Below are positions 1-10,550 of a stretch of 64,000 nucleotides of DNA, one piece after another. Within the stretch, counting starts at the first letter, position 1. Each line of letters opens with the position of its first letter. Origin of the DNA: Candidatus Eiseniibacteriota bacterium (GTDB lineage: Bacteria; Joyebacterota; Joyebacteria; Joyebacterales; Joyebacteraceae); assembly GCA_043819135.1 (NCBI GenBank), contig JBDRFG010000107.1:31002-95001 (forward strand), written 5' to 3'. The position numbers and the translations under genes are program-made. The notes beneath the pieces are model-generated. The model searched no databases. It saw only the letters and a list, made by a program, of their open reading frames with translations, and was not told the origin of the DNA.

Positions 1-386
1 TCCTGTGGATGGCGGCGGGGCTCCTGCTCTCTCTCCGACGCGGCAGCGCCGAGGGAGCCGGCCCGGAACGAATGCACGGCGCCTCCCCCTTCATGGCCGG
101 CGTGCTCATGACCGGAGGGAATCCCTACTTCATCATATGGTGGGCAACTGTAGGAGCCACGCTCGTGTTCAGAGCCTGGAGCTACGGTGTGTGGCAGTTC
201 GCCGTGTTCGCCGTGATCCACTGGTCGCTCGACCTCATCTGGTACTTCTTCCTGTCCTCGGCAGCGTTCAAGGGGACAAAACTCCTTGGAGACCGCTTCC
301 TCAAGGGCATCAGCCTGCTCGCCGGCCTCATGCTGCTCTACTTCGGAGTGCGGTTCCTGAGCGATGCGCTCGTGAACCTGCTCTGA
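1..386 (+). CDS. LysE/RhtB family translocator, 5' end truncated by window edge
   Basis: Hydrophobic ORF with GVLMTGGNPYFIIWWAT motif typical of LysE family. Confidence 0.8.
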   Translation, partial: LWMAAGLLLSLRRGSAEGAGPERMHGASPFMAGVLMTGGNPYFIIWWATVGATLVFRAWSYGVWQFAVFAVIHWSLDLIWYFFLSSAAFKGTKLLGDRFLKGISLLAGLMLLYFGVRFLSDALVNLL

Positions 387-525
387 CGGACCTCTCGGGA
401 TTCCCTCAGACCAAACCGGCCCACCCGGCGCCGACCGATTCCCCTATCTTCGCGTCTCTTGCTATGTTACAATAATAATGATTAACAAGAACAGCTGGGA
501 AACGGGCAAGCGGAGGTCTGTGTCG

Positions 526-3189
526 ATGAGGCGACGCTCATTTGGACGTACATCGGTGATGGCCGCGGCACTCTCGGCAGTGCTGCTTCTCCTGGTACCG
601 ACCGCGGGACTGCAGGCGAAGTCCCTGGCGGAGGAACTCGAGGGGGACGACTTCCTGCCCATCGGCATGACGGCGGAAGAGCTCCTGATGCTCGACCGGA
701 TCGGCGAACGCCACCGCGCCACGCCTCCGGCGACCGGCCCCGTGAGGAACCCAGGCGAGTTCGAGCCGATGACGGGCGTCATCGTGCGCTACCCGTGGGG
801 CAACCCGACCAGCCTCCTCGCCGAGTACGCCGAGGACGTGACGCTCTGGGTCATCGTCGAGGACGCGGGTGACCAGTCGGCCGCCACGAGCGACCTCACG
901 AGCGCCGGAGCCAACATGGCCCACGTCGACTGGATCTTCGCGCCGACCAACAGCATCTGGACACGCGACTACGGCCCGTGGTTCCTCATCGACGGGAATG
1001 GTGAGCAGGGCATAAACGACCACATCTACAATCGACCGAGACCGCAGGACGACCTCATCCCGAGCGTCATCGGTACTGACTGGGGCATTCCGGTGTACGG
1101 AATGGACCTGGAAGCGACGGGCGGCAACTACATGACCGACGGGCGCGGCGTCTCCATGTCGACTCGCCTCACGCTCGACGAGAACACAGGGTTCACGACC
1201 GCGGAGATCGATTCGATCATGAACGCGTATCTGGGCATCGAGCAGTTCCACTGGCTCCCCTACATCGAATCCGGCGGCATCCACCATATCGATTGCTGGG
1301 CGAAGTTCCTTGGCCCGGAGAAGATCCTGCTGAGGGAGGTCCCGTCGGGACACTCGGCCTACGCCGCGATCGAGAGCAACTGTGCCTACCTGTCATCGAT
1401 CACGAGCAGCTACGGCCGTCCCTACGAGATCGTGCGCGTCTACACGCCGAACAACGAACCCTACACGAACTCCATAATCATCAATGACAAGGTGTTCGTG
1501 CCGCAGTACGGCACGACGTGGGACGACGACGCGCTCCAGACCTATGGCGATGCGATGCCGGGCTATGAGGTACTGGGCTACACGGGCTCATGGCTCTCGG
1601 ACGACGCCATCCACTGTCGTGCGATGGGCGTGACCGACCGCTACATGCTCTACATCGACCACGTGCCGCTCCCCGACAGCCCGAGCACGATTGACGACTA
1701 CCGGGTCGAGGCCGACATCATCGACGGGAGCGAGACCGGACTCATCGCCGACTCGCTCGTCGTCTACTGGGAGACGGACAGCGCTCCCGGCTTCGCGCCC
1801 ATCGTGATGACCGTGGACTCGCGGGCCGGCAGCTACTACGCCGAGATACCGGCGCAGAGCCTTGGCACGGTGGTCTCCTACTACATCCACGCCGCGGACC
1901 AGTCGGGGCGCAGCGAGTCCCACCCGTACATCGGGCGCGCGGACGCGCACTCGTTCGAGATAGTAGTGGACACCGAGTCCCCGTCCGTCGTCCACACACC
2001 CCTGACGGACATCACGGCTGGCCAGTGGCCGCCGACGACCTCGGCCGAGGTCATCGACAACACCGTTGTCAGCACGGTGACACTCCAGTCGTGGATCAAC
2101 GGCGCGCCTCAGACAGACGTCGCGATGACACGCGTGGGAACGAGCGGAACTTTCGAGGGCTCGTTCACGGGCACGGCCGTTGCCGGTGACGCGGTGACGT
2201 ACAGGATCGTGGCTGAAGACGGCGCAAACCCGCCTAACATCGCATACGAGCCTCCGGCCGGCACTCACGCATTCGACGTGCTCGACGCCATAGCCTGCGT
2301 CATCTGGGAGCCGGACCCGTCGCCTTCGTCCGGTGCGGCGATCGCGACCATCCTCGATGCGAAGGACATCAGCTACGACTACACGACCGACATGCCCGAC
2401 TTCGGCCAGTACTCGGCGGCCTTCATCTGCCTCGGCGTCTACTCCCAGAACGTTTCGCTTTCTGCCGCGCAGGCCAACGCTCTTGTCGCGTATCTGGACG
2501 CGGGTGGCAACGCCTACATGGAGGGTGGAGAATGCTGGGCCTACGACTCGACCAAGAGCATCTACAACCCCTACTTCGGTATCAACGGGACCCTGGACGG
2601 GAGCGGCGACCTCTACACGGTCCTGGGCGTGGACGGCACGATGTGCGAGGGCATGAGCCTCGCGTATTCCGGACCCAACAGCTCCATAGACCATGTCGAG
2701 CCATTGACCGGCGCGACGAAAATACTCAAGAACTCCGGCGACCAGGCGGGCTGCGGCGTCTCTCACGACAGCGGCGCGTACAAGACTGTCGGGTTCTCGT
2801 TCGAGTTCGGGGGTCTGACGGACGGAGCGTCGCCGTCGACGAAGGACGACCTTCTCACTGAGATCCTGGTCTTCTTCGGGCTGACCCAGACCGGCGTCGA
2901 CGACGGCGTCTTCGCCTTCAGACTCGAGCAGAACCGGCCGAATCCGTTCAACCCCGTGACCACGCTGGCCTTCGAGCTTCCGGCTTCTGGGCGCGTTGAG
3001 CTCCGTGTCTACAACGCGGCCGGCAAGCGCGTGGCCACGCTCATCGACGGACGCGCGGAGGCAGGCAGGCGGAGCGTCTCGTGGCGCGGCCTCGACGACG
3101 GCGGCAGGCCCGTCGCCAGCGGCGTCTACTTCTTCCGGCTGACGCATGACGGCGAGACGGTCTCGCGGAAGGGCGTGCTCCTCAAGTAG
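526..3189 (+). CDS. Secreted agmatine/peptidylarginine deiminase family protein with Ig-like domains and FlgD-type (T9SS-like) C-terminal domain
   Basis: Signal peptide; WTRDYGP, GGN, HHID, IHC motifs; C-terminal QNRPNPFNP...ASGVYFFRL; GGAGG RBS at 512-516. Confidence 0.85.
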   Translation: MRRRSFGRTSVMAAALSAVLLLLVPTAGLQAKSLAEELEGDDFLPIGMTAEELLMLDRIGERHRATPPATGPVRNPGEFEPMTGVIVRYPWGNPTSLLAEYAEDVTLWVIVEDAGDQSAATSDLTSAGANMAHVDWIFAPTNSIWTRDYGPWFLIDGNGEQGINDHIYNRPRPQDDLIPSVIGTDWGIPVYGMDLEATGGNYMTDGRGVSMSTRLTLDENTGFTTAEIDSIMNAYLGIEQFHWLPYIESGGIHHIDCWAKFLGPEKILLREVPSGHSAYAAIESNCAYLSSITSSYGRPYEIVRVYTPNNEPYTNSIIINDKVFVPQYGTTWDDDALQTYGDAMPGYEVLGYTGSWLSDDAIHCRAMGVTDRYMLYIDHVPLPDSPSTIDDYRVEADIIDGSETGLIADSLVVYWETDSAPGFAPIVMTVDSRAGSYYAEIPAQSLGTVVSYYIHAADQSGRSESHPYIGRADAHSFEIVVDTESPSVVHTPLTDITAGQWPPTTSAEVIDNTVVSTVTLQSWINGAPQTDVAMTRVGTSGTFEGSFTGTAVAGDAVTYRIVAEDGANPPNIAYEPPAGTHAFDVLDAIACVIWEPDPSPSSGAAIATILDAKDISYDYTTDMPDFGQYSAAFICLGVYSQNVSLSAAQANALVAYLDAGGNAYMEGGECWAYDSTKSIYNPYFGINGTLDGSGDLYTVLGVDGTMCEGMSLAYSGPNSSIDHVEPLTGATKILKNSGDQAGCGVSHDSGAYKTVGFSFEFGGLTDGASPSTKDDLLTEILVFFGLTQTGVDDGVFAFRLEQNRPNPFNPVTTLAFELPASGRVELRVYNAAGKRVATLIDGRAEAGRRSVSWRGLDDGGRPVASGVYFFRLTHDGETVSRKGVLLK

Positions 3190-3253
3190 CACAGCGGGCG
3201 GCGGAGGGCCATCGATTCGCCGAGCCGGCCACCCGCCCGAAGCCAGAGCAAGC

Positions 3254-3297
3254 AGTGAGAGCGAGCGCGGCAGGGCAATGCCGCGCTCGCTCTCACT
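3254..3297. repeat. Perfect 19-bp inverted repeat (hairpin) in intergenic region
   Basis: agtgagagcgagcgcggca-gggcaa-tgccgcgctcgctctcact. Confidence 0.8.
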
Positions 3298-3583
3298 CGT
3301 GGGACCCGAACCGAGCGTCAACTACGTTGACGGAGCCGACGCGCCGCCGTGGCGTCTTCGCCGACAGCCGGGCCGTTCCGCATCCGGCACGGTCTTTCCA
3401 CCTTGGCGGCCGACCGCGGGAGCGGGCGAACCCCCGCCGCGCGCGGGAGATGTATTGAGGCGCCCGAATGTGAGACGATGGACGCTGGTCCGCCGCCATG
3501 GCCAGCCGAGCGGTCACCTGCGGCCCAGACGCTGGCGGAGCACCAGATGTATCCCGAGACTCCCCCGGAACGGAGATGACACG

Positions 3584-5755
3584 ATGACAGTGCGAGGCGC
3601 GTTGCTTTCCTGCACGGCCGCCGCTGTGCTCCTGTGCCCGCAGCCGGCCCTCCCAGACGACGGCGCCCGGTACGACAACACGTTCATGAAAGACTTCATC
3701 ATGGACGCGCCGTGGAGGGTAACCGACGCGGCCACGGCCATCCCCCTAACCATCGTCCTCAAGGACTGCGACGCGGACGACATCCGCGAGCTGCACTGGA
3801 TACGTTGCTGGGACGTGACGTCGGGAGAGACCATCCTCTGGGATCACGACTTCGGCGACGAGACTATCGGCAACGACGAGTACGAGTCGAACTTCTGGAC
3901 CTACATCACGACGGTAACGGAGGGACATCCTTCGCTTGCGAACGGCACGCTCCTGACGCCGGCGAACCTGGGATACGGACCGGGGGACGACATAGATCTC
4001 AAGGTCAGCATCTACTACAAGGACGACTGGTTCAACTACACCGAGACGCGCTACCTGAGAGTTCGGGTCGGCCGCGGCGCCTACCCATGGCCCGAGGGGT
4101 GGTACGGCGGGGACACCCACTACCACACCATGTACACGAACAACATCGCGGAGTTCGGCGCGCCGCTCCCCGCGGTCGCGATGACCGCGGAGGCCATGGG
4201 GCTCCACTGGCTCACGACGACCGACCACTCCTGCGACCTTGACGAAACCGGTGACGGCTCCTTCTCATACGCGACAACGCACTGGGAGTACACTGTCCAG
4301 GACGAATCCGGCAGCCAAGCGGTCTACCGCGACAACACCGCGTTCGGTTCGGCCTGGAACGCGCTGGGCGACGACGTCGCGCAGTTCGACTCACCGAGCG
4401 TCAGGCTCTACCGCGCGGTGGAACTCAACTCCTCGTCCATCGACGCGGGCTCCTACGAGAAGACGCTACACGGCCTCTTCTACAACGACGCCTACATCTC
4501 GTCTCCTCTGAGCGGGGCGATAGGCGAGCGCCCGGTAACGCCGACGCTGCCCTCGGCCCTCTCGCAGCTCTCAGTAGGAGGGTTCGCGTACGCCGCCCAC
4601 CCGGTATCGGACATGGGCGCCGAGTGGGGCGGCATCGACTGGACAGTGAACGGAACGACGTGGGGCGACGAGGACATCGCGACTGCCTTGGGGTACGAGG
4701 TCTTCCGCGGGCTTGAGGCGTTCAACACGCGCGCGACGCGCTACTCGTCCGACCAGAACAACCCCTGGTCTGACTTCGACTCGGGGGTTCTGCCGGACAA
4801 CCCTTACCCCGACGAACTGCTGCAGGGTGTAGCACTCTGGGACGACTGCCTCCGGGCCAACCTGAGTCCCGTTCGAAAGGTGTTCTTCGCGGGCGGTAGC
4901 GACGCGCACGGCGACTTCAACTACGGCGCCTTCCTGAGCCTGGACAACTACGCCACCGATAACGCCATCGGCAAGGTACAGACCGTCGTCTTCGTGCCGG
5001 GCCCATACGGTCCGGGCAACCTCCCGCCGATGTCCGAGATCCTGGCCGCGTACCGGGCCGGCCGCTCCGTGGTGACCGACGGGCCGTTCGTGGAGATCGG
5101 AGTGGACGGTAACTGCGACGGGGACTTCAGCGACCCTGACGACCTGATGGTGGGTGACGACGTGAGCGGACCGTCGGCCGCCGCTCTGCCCATGACCCTT
5201 CGCTGGGCGTCGAGCGCGGACTTCGGACCGGTGACGTCCGTCGAGATCCTCATCGGCAGTGCGGCCGGCACGACGACTCTCCTCTCCCTGAGCCCAAGCG
5301 CGTTCGGAGAGGGCTTCTCCGGTGAGCGAGTAGTGGACCTCGGAACCTACGGGCTCGCGGGACCTCGCTACTTCCGCGCTGAGTGTCTGACCGACCGCGG
5401 CGACGACGTGTTCCGCGCATACTCGAACCCGATCTGGGTCACGTTCGACGGCACGTCGGTCGCTGAAAGTGGCGCCGAGACCACCCTCAGTGTCTCTCTG
5501 GCGCGGAACCCATCCTGGGGAGAGATGTCTTTCGATCTCGTCCTTCCCACCCCCGGCCGGGCGCTCCTGAGCATCCACGACGTTTCGGGGCGTCTGGTCA
5601 AGAGCCTCGGCACGGATTGGGTCCCCGCCGGCTCCCTGAGTGTGACGTGGGACGGAACCGACAGCAGCGGAAGGCCCGTCGCATCCGGAGTCTACCTGGC
5701 GCGCCTGGGCGCCTCGGACGGAGCCGCTGTCGCTAAGTGCGTGCTCCTGCGCTAG
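3584..5755 (+). CDS. Secreted PHP-domain (CehA/McbA-like) metallohydrolase with FlgD-type C-terminal domain
   Basis: GDTHYHT, TTTDH, AAHP, GGSDAH motifs; C-terminal WDGTDSSGRPVASGVYL; signal peptide from ATG 3584. Confidence 0.75.
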   Translation: MTVRGALLSCTAAAVLLCPQPALPDDGARYDNTFMKDFIMDAPWRVTDAATAIPLTIVLKDCDADDIRELHWIRCWDVTSGETILWDHDFGDETIGNDEYESNFWTYITTVTEGHPSLANGTLLTPANLGYGPGDDIDLKVSIYYKDDWFNYTETRYLRVRVGRGAYPWPEGWYGGDTHYHTMYTNNIAEFGAPLPAVAMTAEAMGLHWLTTTDHSCDLDETGDGSFSYATTHWEYTVQDESGSQAVYRDNTAFGSAWNALGDDVAQFDSPSVRLYRAVELNSSSIDAGSYEKTLHGLFYNDAYISSPLSGAIGERPVTPTLPSALSQLSVGGFAYAAHPVSDMGAEWGGIDWTVNGTTWGDEDIATALGYEVFRGLEAFNTRATRYSSDQNNPWSDFDSGVLPDNPYPDELLQGVALWDDCLRANLSPVRKVFFAGGSDAHGDFNYGAFLSLDNYATDNAIGKVQTVVFVPGPYGPGNLPPMSEILAAYRAGRSVVTDGPFVEIGVDGNCDGDFSDPDDLMVGDDVSGPSAAALPMTLRWASSADFGPVTSVEILIGSAAGTTTLLSLSPSAFGEGFSGERVVDLGTYGLAGPRYFRAECLTDRGDDVFRAYSNPIWVTFDGTSVAESGAETTLSVSLARNPSWGEMSFDLVLPTPGRALLSIHDVSGRLVKSLGTDWVPAGSLSVTWDGTDSSGRPVASGVYLARLGASDGAAVAKCVLLR

Positions 5756-6032
5756 CGGGAAGCCACAAATCAGCCCTTGTCACGCGAAGCCCTCGCTTGT
5801 TACCATCATAACACATATCCGTCCGACACCGCTGTGTCATGGCCGGCAACAGCCAGCAATGAGCCGATATCGTATCTCATTGGCGCGAACCTGAGGCAGT
5901 TCGCCGGAATGGCGTAGTGGAAGTTCGCCAGATTCTGGCGAGTGGGAAACGGGCTCATCCTCGCTGGGGGGGCGGGCCTAGATGGGTCGCATCGGTGGCG
6001 GCACGGCGCCACGCGGACGGAGGCAGCCACGC

Positions 6033-6755
6033 ATGACTCTCGACGTGATCATTCCGATCTACAACGAGGAGGACACCCTCGCGGAGCTGCTCGAGAAGGT
6101 GCTCGCGAGCCCCCTCCGTCCCACTGTCATAGCTGTGAACGACGGGTCGTCCGACAGCACGCCCGAGATCCTCAGGCACTACGGCAACAGAGAGAGGATC
6201 CGCTTCGCGTCGCACGAGCGGAACCTCGGGAAGGGGGCGGCCGTCAGAACCGGGATCGGCATGGCCACCGGAGACGTCGTCCTCGTGCAGGATGCCGACC
6301 TCGAGTACGACCCGGACGACTTCAGCAGCATCCTCGAGCCGTTCGAGGACCCCGACGTCATGGTCGTCTACGGTTCCAGGAGACTGAACCCCACCAACAA
6401 GCGCTGCTCCCGGATGTTCCTTCTCGGGGGCGCGTCGCTCACCTGGCTGACGAACCTGCTCTACGGCACGGGAATCACGGACGAGCCGACGTGCTACAAG
6501 GCATTCCGCAGGGAGCTGCTGCAATCGCTTCCCCTTCGCTGCATGGGGTTCGAGTTTTGCCCTGAGGTCACGGCCCTCGTGGCCAGAAGAGGAATACGCA
6601 TTCGGGAGGTGCCGATCAGGTACAATCCAAGGTCGCGAGCAGAGGGGAAGAAGATCGGGCTGAGCGATTGGTTCCGGGCGGTCCTCACATTGCTGCGGTA
6701 CCGCCTCCTCCCGGAGAGCTCCATCGCGGCGAGGCCGGCCGGGCAGAGAGGCTAG
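6033..6755 (+). CDS. Glycosyltransferase family 2 (DPM1-like)
   Basis: IIPIYNEE, VNDGSSD, NLGKGAA, QDADLEYDP motifs. Confidence 0.9.
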   Translation: MTLDVIIPIYNEEDTLAELLEKVLASPLRPTVIAVNDGSSDSTPEILRHYGNRERIRFASHERNLGKGAAVRTGIGMATGDVVLVQDADLEYDPDDFSSILEPFEDPDVMVVYGSRRLNPTNKRCSRMFLLGGASLTWLTNLLYGTGITDEPTCYKAFRRELLQSLPLRCMGFEFCPEVTALVARRGIRIREVPIRYNPRSRAEGKKIGLSDWFRAVLTLLRYRLLPESSIAARPAGQRG

Positions 6756-7960
6756 CCGTCCGCCATCTCGACGAGCCGCGCGGCAACGGACTTACCCAAT
6801 TCCCGGCACTCGTTCAGGTCCTTCTCGTCAGGGACGAACTGCACGCGCAGTCCCTCGGACACGAGTTCGACCTTCATCTTCTCGAAGATGGCGTTGATCT
6901 GCGCGACTCCCTCTCCGCTCCATCCGTACGATCCGAAGGCCGCCCCGACGAGATTCCTCGGGCGCAGCCCCTGGAGGTAGAGGAAGACGTCACCGAGACT
7001 GGGAAACATGTTGTTGTTGATGGTCGGCGTCCCCACCAGGAGCGCGCCCGCCTCGAGAAGCTCCGCCGCAACGTCGCTGCGATGACTCACCTTAAGAGGA
7101 ACGAGGCTGGGTCGCGCGCCACCGGCAGCGAGCCCGTCAGCGATCGCCCGCGCCATCTTCGCCGTGCTGCCCCACATCGTGTCGTAGACGACCACGGCCT
7201 TGAGCGTCGGCTTCTGCTCGGACCACTTCTCGTAGTTCTCGACGGCCATATTGAACTTGCTTCTCCAGATCGGCCCGTGGTCCGGTGCGACCAGCTTGAA
7301 CGGGAGATTCAGTTCCTTGACGCGAGCCAGCAGCTTCTTCACCATCGGCGAGTACGGCATGAGAATGTTGGCGTAGTACTTCGCGGCCTCGTCGTAGAGC
7401 ACGCCCTCGTCGACTCCATCGTCGAAGCGCTCCGTCGAGGCCAGGTGCATCCCGAACGCGTCCTGCGAGAACAGCACCTCGTCCGCCGTAAGGTAGGTGA
7501 ACATGCTGTCCGGCCAGTGAAGCATGCGGGTCTCGAGAAACTGGAGTTCGACATCGCCGAGGCTCAACGTGCCTCCATCCTCGACGGGCGTGACATCGAA
7601 ACGTCCGTGGAAGTGGCTTTGCAGGGCCTTGACCCCCATCTTTGACGCGAACACATGCTCCGGCTGAATCAGATCCACGACCTCGGGCAAACAGCCCGAG
7701 TGATCCATCTCCGCGTGGTTCGACACGATGATACTGATGTCTGAGGGATCGACGACAGACGCGATACGCGCAAGAAGTTCGTCCCTGAACGGGGCCTTGA
7801 CGGTGTCGATCAGCGTGACCTTGTCCGCGAGAATCAGATAGGCGTTGTAGGTGGTCCCGCGGTCGGTCGCGTACCCGTGGAAGTCACGGATCTCCCAATC
7901 GACCGCTCCGACCCAGTAGACGTGCTCGCTGATCTTCACCGCGCCGAACGACGTCAGCAT
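6752..7960 (-). CDS. fprA: Flavodiiron protein (FprA / rubredoxin:oxygen oxidoreductase)
   Basis: GTTYNAYL, NHAEMDHSG, LHWPDSM, APDHG and flavodoxin motifs YDTMWGST, FGSYGWSG. Confidence 0.92.
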   Translation of the reverse strand: MLTSFGAVKISEHVYWVGAVDWEIRDFHGYATDRGTTYNAYLILADKVTLIDTVKAPFRDELLARIASVVDPSDISIIVSNHAEMDHSGCLPEVVDLIQPEHVFASKMGVKALQSHFHGRFDVTPVEDGGTLSLGDVELQFLETRMLHWPDSMFTYLTADEVLFSQDAFGMHLASTERFDDGVDEGVLYDEAAKYYANILMPYSPMVKKLLARVKELNLPFKLVAPDHGPIWRSKFNMAVENYEKWSEQKPTLKAVVVYDTMWGSTAKMARAIADGLAAGGARPSLVPLKVSHRSDVAAELLEAGALLVGTPTINNNMFPSLGDVFLYLQGLRPRNLVGAAFGSYGWSGEGVAQINAIFEKMKVELVSEGLRVQFVPDEKDLNECRELGKSVAARLVEMADG

Positions 7961-8045
7961 CTGTTGCTCCTCCCCCTTGGAGTCCTGGCCCTCGTCCGAG
8001 TTCGCCGGCGGCGTGTAGACGCGCCCGCCCAGCTCTCTATATGTA

Positions 8046-8855
8046 TCACGATGCCTTCCGGCCGACCCGGTCGAAAAGCAGTGCGTCGGCGCTCAGGTCG
8101 TCACGGATCCCCAGACGAGTCAGGGCGAAGTCGTACTTCACCGGATCGTCCGGGCTGAGCGTTCTGAACGCGCTGGTTACCTCCAGAGCGGTGCGACCAT
8201 TTGCCTGCTTGCGATCGGTCAGCCCCAACAGGAACGAGAGTTTGTGCATGTGGGTGTCGAGGGGAACGATGAGCTTCGACGCCGGCACGCTGTCCCAGCC
8301 GCCGGGGTCGACATCGTCGCTCCTCACCATCCATCGCAGGAAGAGGTGCAGGCGCTTGCAGGCGCTCCCTCTCTCCGGGTCGGGCAAGGGGCAGGTGCCT
8401 TCTTCGCCGGTCGTCGCGCACGGCGCGTCCGCTATGACGCCGACGAAGGACGTCAGTGCCGGAAGCACGGTCTCGTCCTCGGGTGACAGCAGAGTAGCGA
8501 AGAACTCGCCGAGCGAGCCGTGCCCGGCGGTCACCACCCGCACACCGTCGAGCATCCGGCAGAGGTCCTCTCCCGTCGTGAAGCGGTGCTTGAATCCCTC
8601 GAACGCGGTGCGTAACGAGTCCGGGGACGAATCGCCCACGAAAGCTGCCGGGTGCGGCCCCATGCGTCCGAGCGCATTCGTGACGCTCTTCAGTATCTGC
8701 TTGACCCTGCCGTAGGCAAGCGTCGATGCGATGAGCCCGACGATCTCCCTGTCCTCCGGATCGTCGTAGTGATAGAGAAATTCGAGTGGGTCCGGGTGAA
8801 CGAATTCCCACCGGTTCAGTTTCCGGTAGAGGTCCTCGAGAATGTCCCTGTCCAC
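8046..8855 (-). CDS. TIGR02757/DUF2400 family protein (HhH-related); start uncertain
   Basis: DPLEF, LAYGRV, SACKRLHLFLRWMVR, PLDTH, DPVKYDFAL. Confidence 0.85.
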   Translation of the reverse strand: MDRDILEDLYRKLNRWEFVHPDPLEFLYHYDDPEDREIVGLIASTLAYGRVKQILKSVTNALGRMGPHPAAFVGDSSPDSLRTAFEGFKHRFTTGEDLCRMLDGVRVVTAGHGSLGEFFATLLSPEDETVLPALTSFVGVIADAPCATTGEEGTCPLPDPERGSACKRLHLFLRWMVRSDDVDPGGWDSVPASKLIVPLDTHMHKLSFLLGLTDRKQANGRTALEVTSAFRTLSPDDPVKYDFALTRLGIRDDLSADALLFDRVGRKAS

Positions 8856-8898
8856 GCGTGGCTCAACGCGGGAGACCGAGAGCCCCCCCCACTCACCG

Positions 8899-9405
8899 CT
8901 ATCCTTCAAGAGTGAACTCCCGCACGTCGAACCAGTAGCCCGAGCCTGTCGCCTGATCGATCTGAGCCTGCACAAGAGCGAGGTGCCCCTCCTCTATCTC
9001 AAGGAAGCGCTGGAACAAGGCTCTCGCCTCGGCCGGGAGCTCGTCGACCATGCGCTGGTAGAAGCCGCTCGTCTCGCGCTCAACCCCGTGGGCCTTGCTG
9101 AGGAACTGCAGTTCCACGGTTCCGGGCTTGCCGCCAACCTTCTCCCGCAGCTTGCCGACACCCTGTTCGATGACCTCGCTCGACGGGACCGCCGTTGTCA
9201 GGCCGTCCGCCGTGACCGTCCCGTCGCTGCTCCACTGGTCCAGCTTCGTTTCGAGGTAGTCGACGTGACACTGCTCCTCGTCCATCATCAGTTGAAAAAG
9301 CCTCTTGCCCTCGGGGTTCTGCGCCTTACTCACGGCCTCTGCGTAGACGTCGCGAACCCGCGTCTCGTACTCTATGGATGTCTTGATGGCTTCCTCTACC
9401 GTCAC
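8899..9405 (-). CDS. Rubrerythrin-like ferritin-family protein
   Basis: Two ExxH diiron motifs (EEQCH, EEGH); GTG start after GGGAGG. Confidence 0.8.
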   Translation of the reverse strand: MTVEEAIKTSIEYETRVRDVYAEAVSKAQNPEGKRLFQLMMDEEQCHVDYLETKLDQWSSDGTVTADGLTTAVPSSEVIEQGVGKLREKVGGKPGTVELQFLSKAHGVERETSGFYQRMVDELPAEARALFQRFLEIEEGHLALVQAQIDQATGSGYWFDVREFTLEG

Positions 9406-9522
9406 GACGCCTCCCGCGTTGCGTGCCCGGGCGAATTCAGAAGAGCGGCAGCGCGGTGCGACCTGACGGCCGCCACCGCGCCACATCTCAGAAACCCCTC
9501 GCGACCCCGGAGATTCGCGGCC

Positions 9523-9897
9523 CTAGGACTTCCAGAGCCCGTGCTTGTTGCAGTACTCCCGAACCATGTCGATGCTGCCGTCGACGCAGAACGTTGCCTC
9601 GGGGGCGCCGCCCGGCTCCAGAAACTCTCTGTAGGCCTTGCCGCCGGCGATGACCTCGATCCACTCGATGAAGTGGTCGGATTCCATTGGATGAGCGACG
9701 CTGCCGACGGTCACCTTGACGCCGTGGTCGGTGTCTTCCTTGACCGGCACGTGTTTCTCCTGTGCTGCGTCCGTGGTGTTCTCCTTCAGCTGCACCATCT
9801 CCTCGCCGCAGCAGACGAGCGTTCCGGCGCCACCGTGAAGCACCTCGACGATGTTCCCGCACACTTCGCACTTGTAGACTTCGAGCTTCGCTGCCAT
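9523..9897 (-). CDS. dfx: Desulfoferrodoxin (superoxide reductase)
   Basis: YKCEVCGN...CCG, EKHVP, HPM, HFIEWI, CNKHGLW. Confidence 0.95.
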   Translation of the reverse strand: MAAKLEVYKCEVCGNIVEVLHGGAGTLVCCGEEMVQLKENTTDAAQEKHVPVKEDTDHGVKVTVGSVAHPMESDHFIEWIEVIAGGKAYREFLEPGGAPEATFCVDGSIDMVREYCNKHGLWKS

Positions 9898-9952
9898 GCC
9901 AGTTCTCCCGCGTTGGCGCGCCGTCCTACTGCGCGCGTAGTGTGATCGTCTT

Positions 9953-10468
9953 CTAGAGCAGCTCCTTCGCCGCGTTCAGTGCGGCCTCGTAGTCCGGCTC
10001 GTCCCCAACCTCGCTGAGCACCTCCACGTACCTGATGTCGCCCTTGCGGTCGACGACAAATACCGCGCGCGCCAGAAGCCTGATCTCCTTCATCAGAACA
10101 CCCCACGCCTCGCCGAAGGCAGCCGACCTGTGGTCCGAGAACGTCTTCACCGTCTCCACGCCCGCGGCGCCGCACCAGCGCTTCTGCGTGAACGGCAGGT
10201 CCATGCTGACGGTCAGCACGGCGACGTCATCGCCGAGCTTCCCGGCTTCCAGGTTGAAGCGCCTGGTCTCTACGTCGCAGGTGCTGGTCTCAAGTGACGC
10301 AACGGACGTCACTATGGCGACCTTGCCCTTGTACGTCGAGAGCATGACGGGCTGCAGGTCGTTGTCGACCACCTCGACATCGGGCGCGTCGTCCCCCACC
10401 TTGAGCTCGGGGCCAACGAGCGTCATGGGGTTGCCCCCGAACGTAACCAGGCCTGTTCGCTCGATCAT
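9953..10468 (-). CDS. tpx: Thiol peroxidase
   Basis: [33 protein letters not shown]. Confidence 0.92.
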   Translation of the reverse strand: MIERTGLVTFGGNPMTLVGPELKVGDDAPDVEVVDNDLQPVMLSTYKGKVAIVTSVASLETSTCDVETRRFNLEAGKLGDDVAVLTVSMDLPFTQKRWCGAAGVETVKTFSDHRSAAFGEAWGVLMKEIRLLARAVFVVDRKGDIRYVEVLSEVGDEPDYEAALNAAKELL

Positions 10469-10550
10469 GTGTTCCCTCCAGAATCAGTGTTCGCGCCGCG
10501 CACTCAGACAACCGGCTCCGGCCCGATCCGCCGCCCCCACACCACCCCGT

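Noticed and set aside
1251..1260. Another CTGGCTCCCC core
   Set aside because: Inside the deiminase CDS (WLPY), with no preceding hairpin and no CGAAC at either att spacing; a chance 10-mer. It shows the core alone is weak evidence
1588..3321. Long antisense ORFs (also 8842-9945, 10035-11222, 21220-22473, 31226-32776)
   Set aside because: Shadow frames of well-supported genes in high-GC DNA
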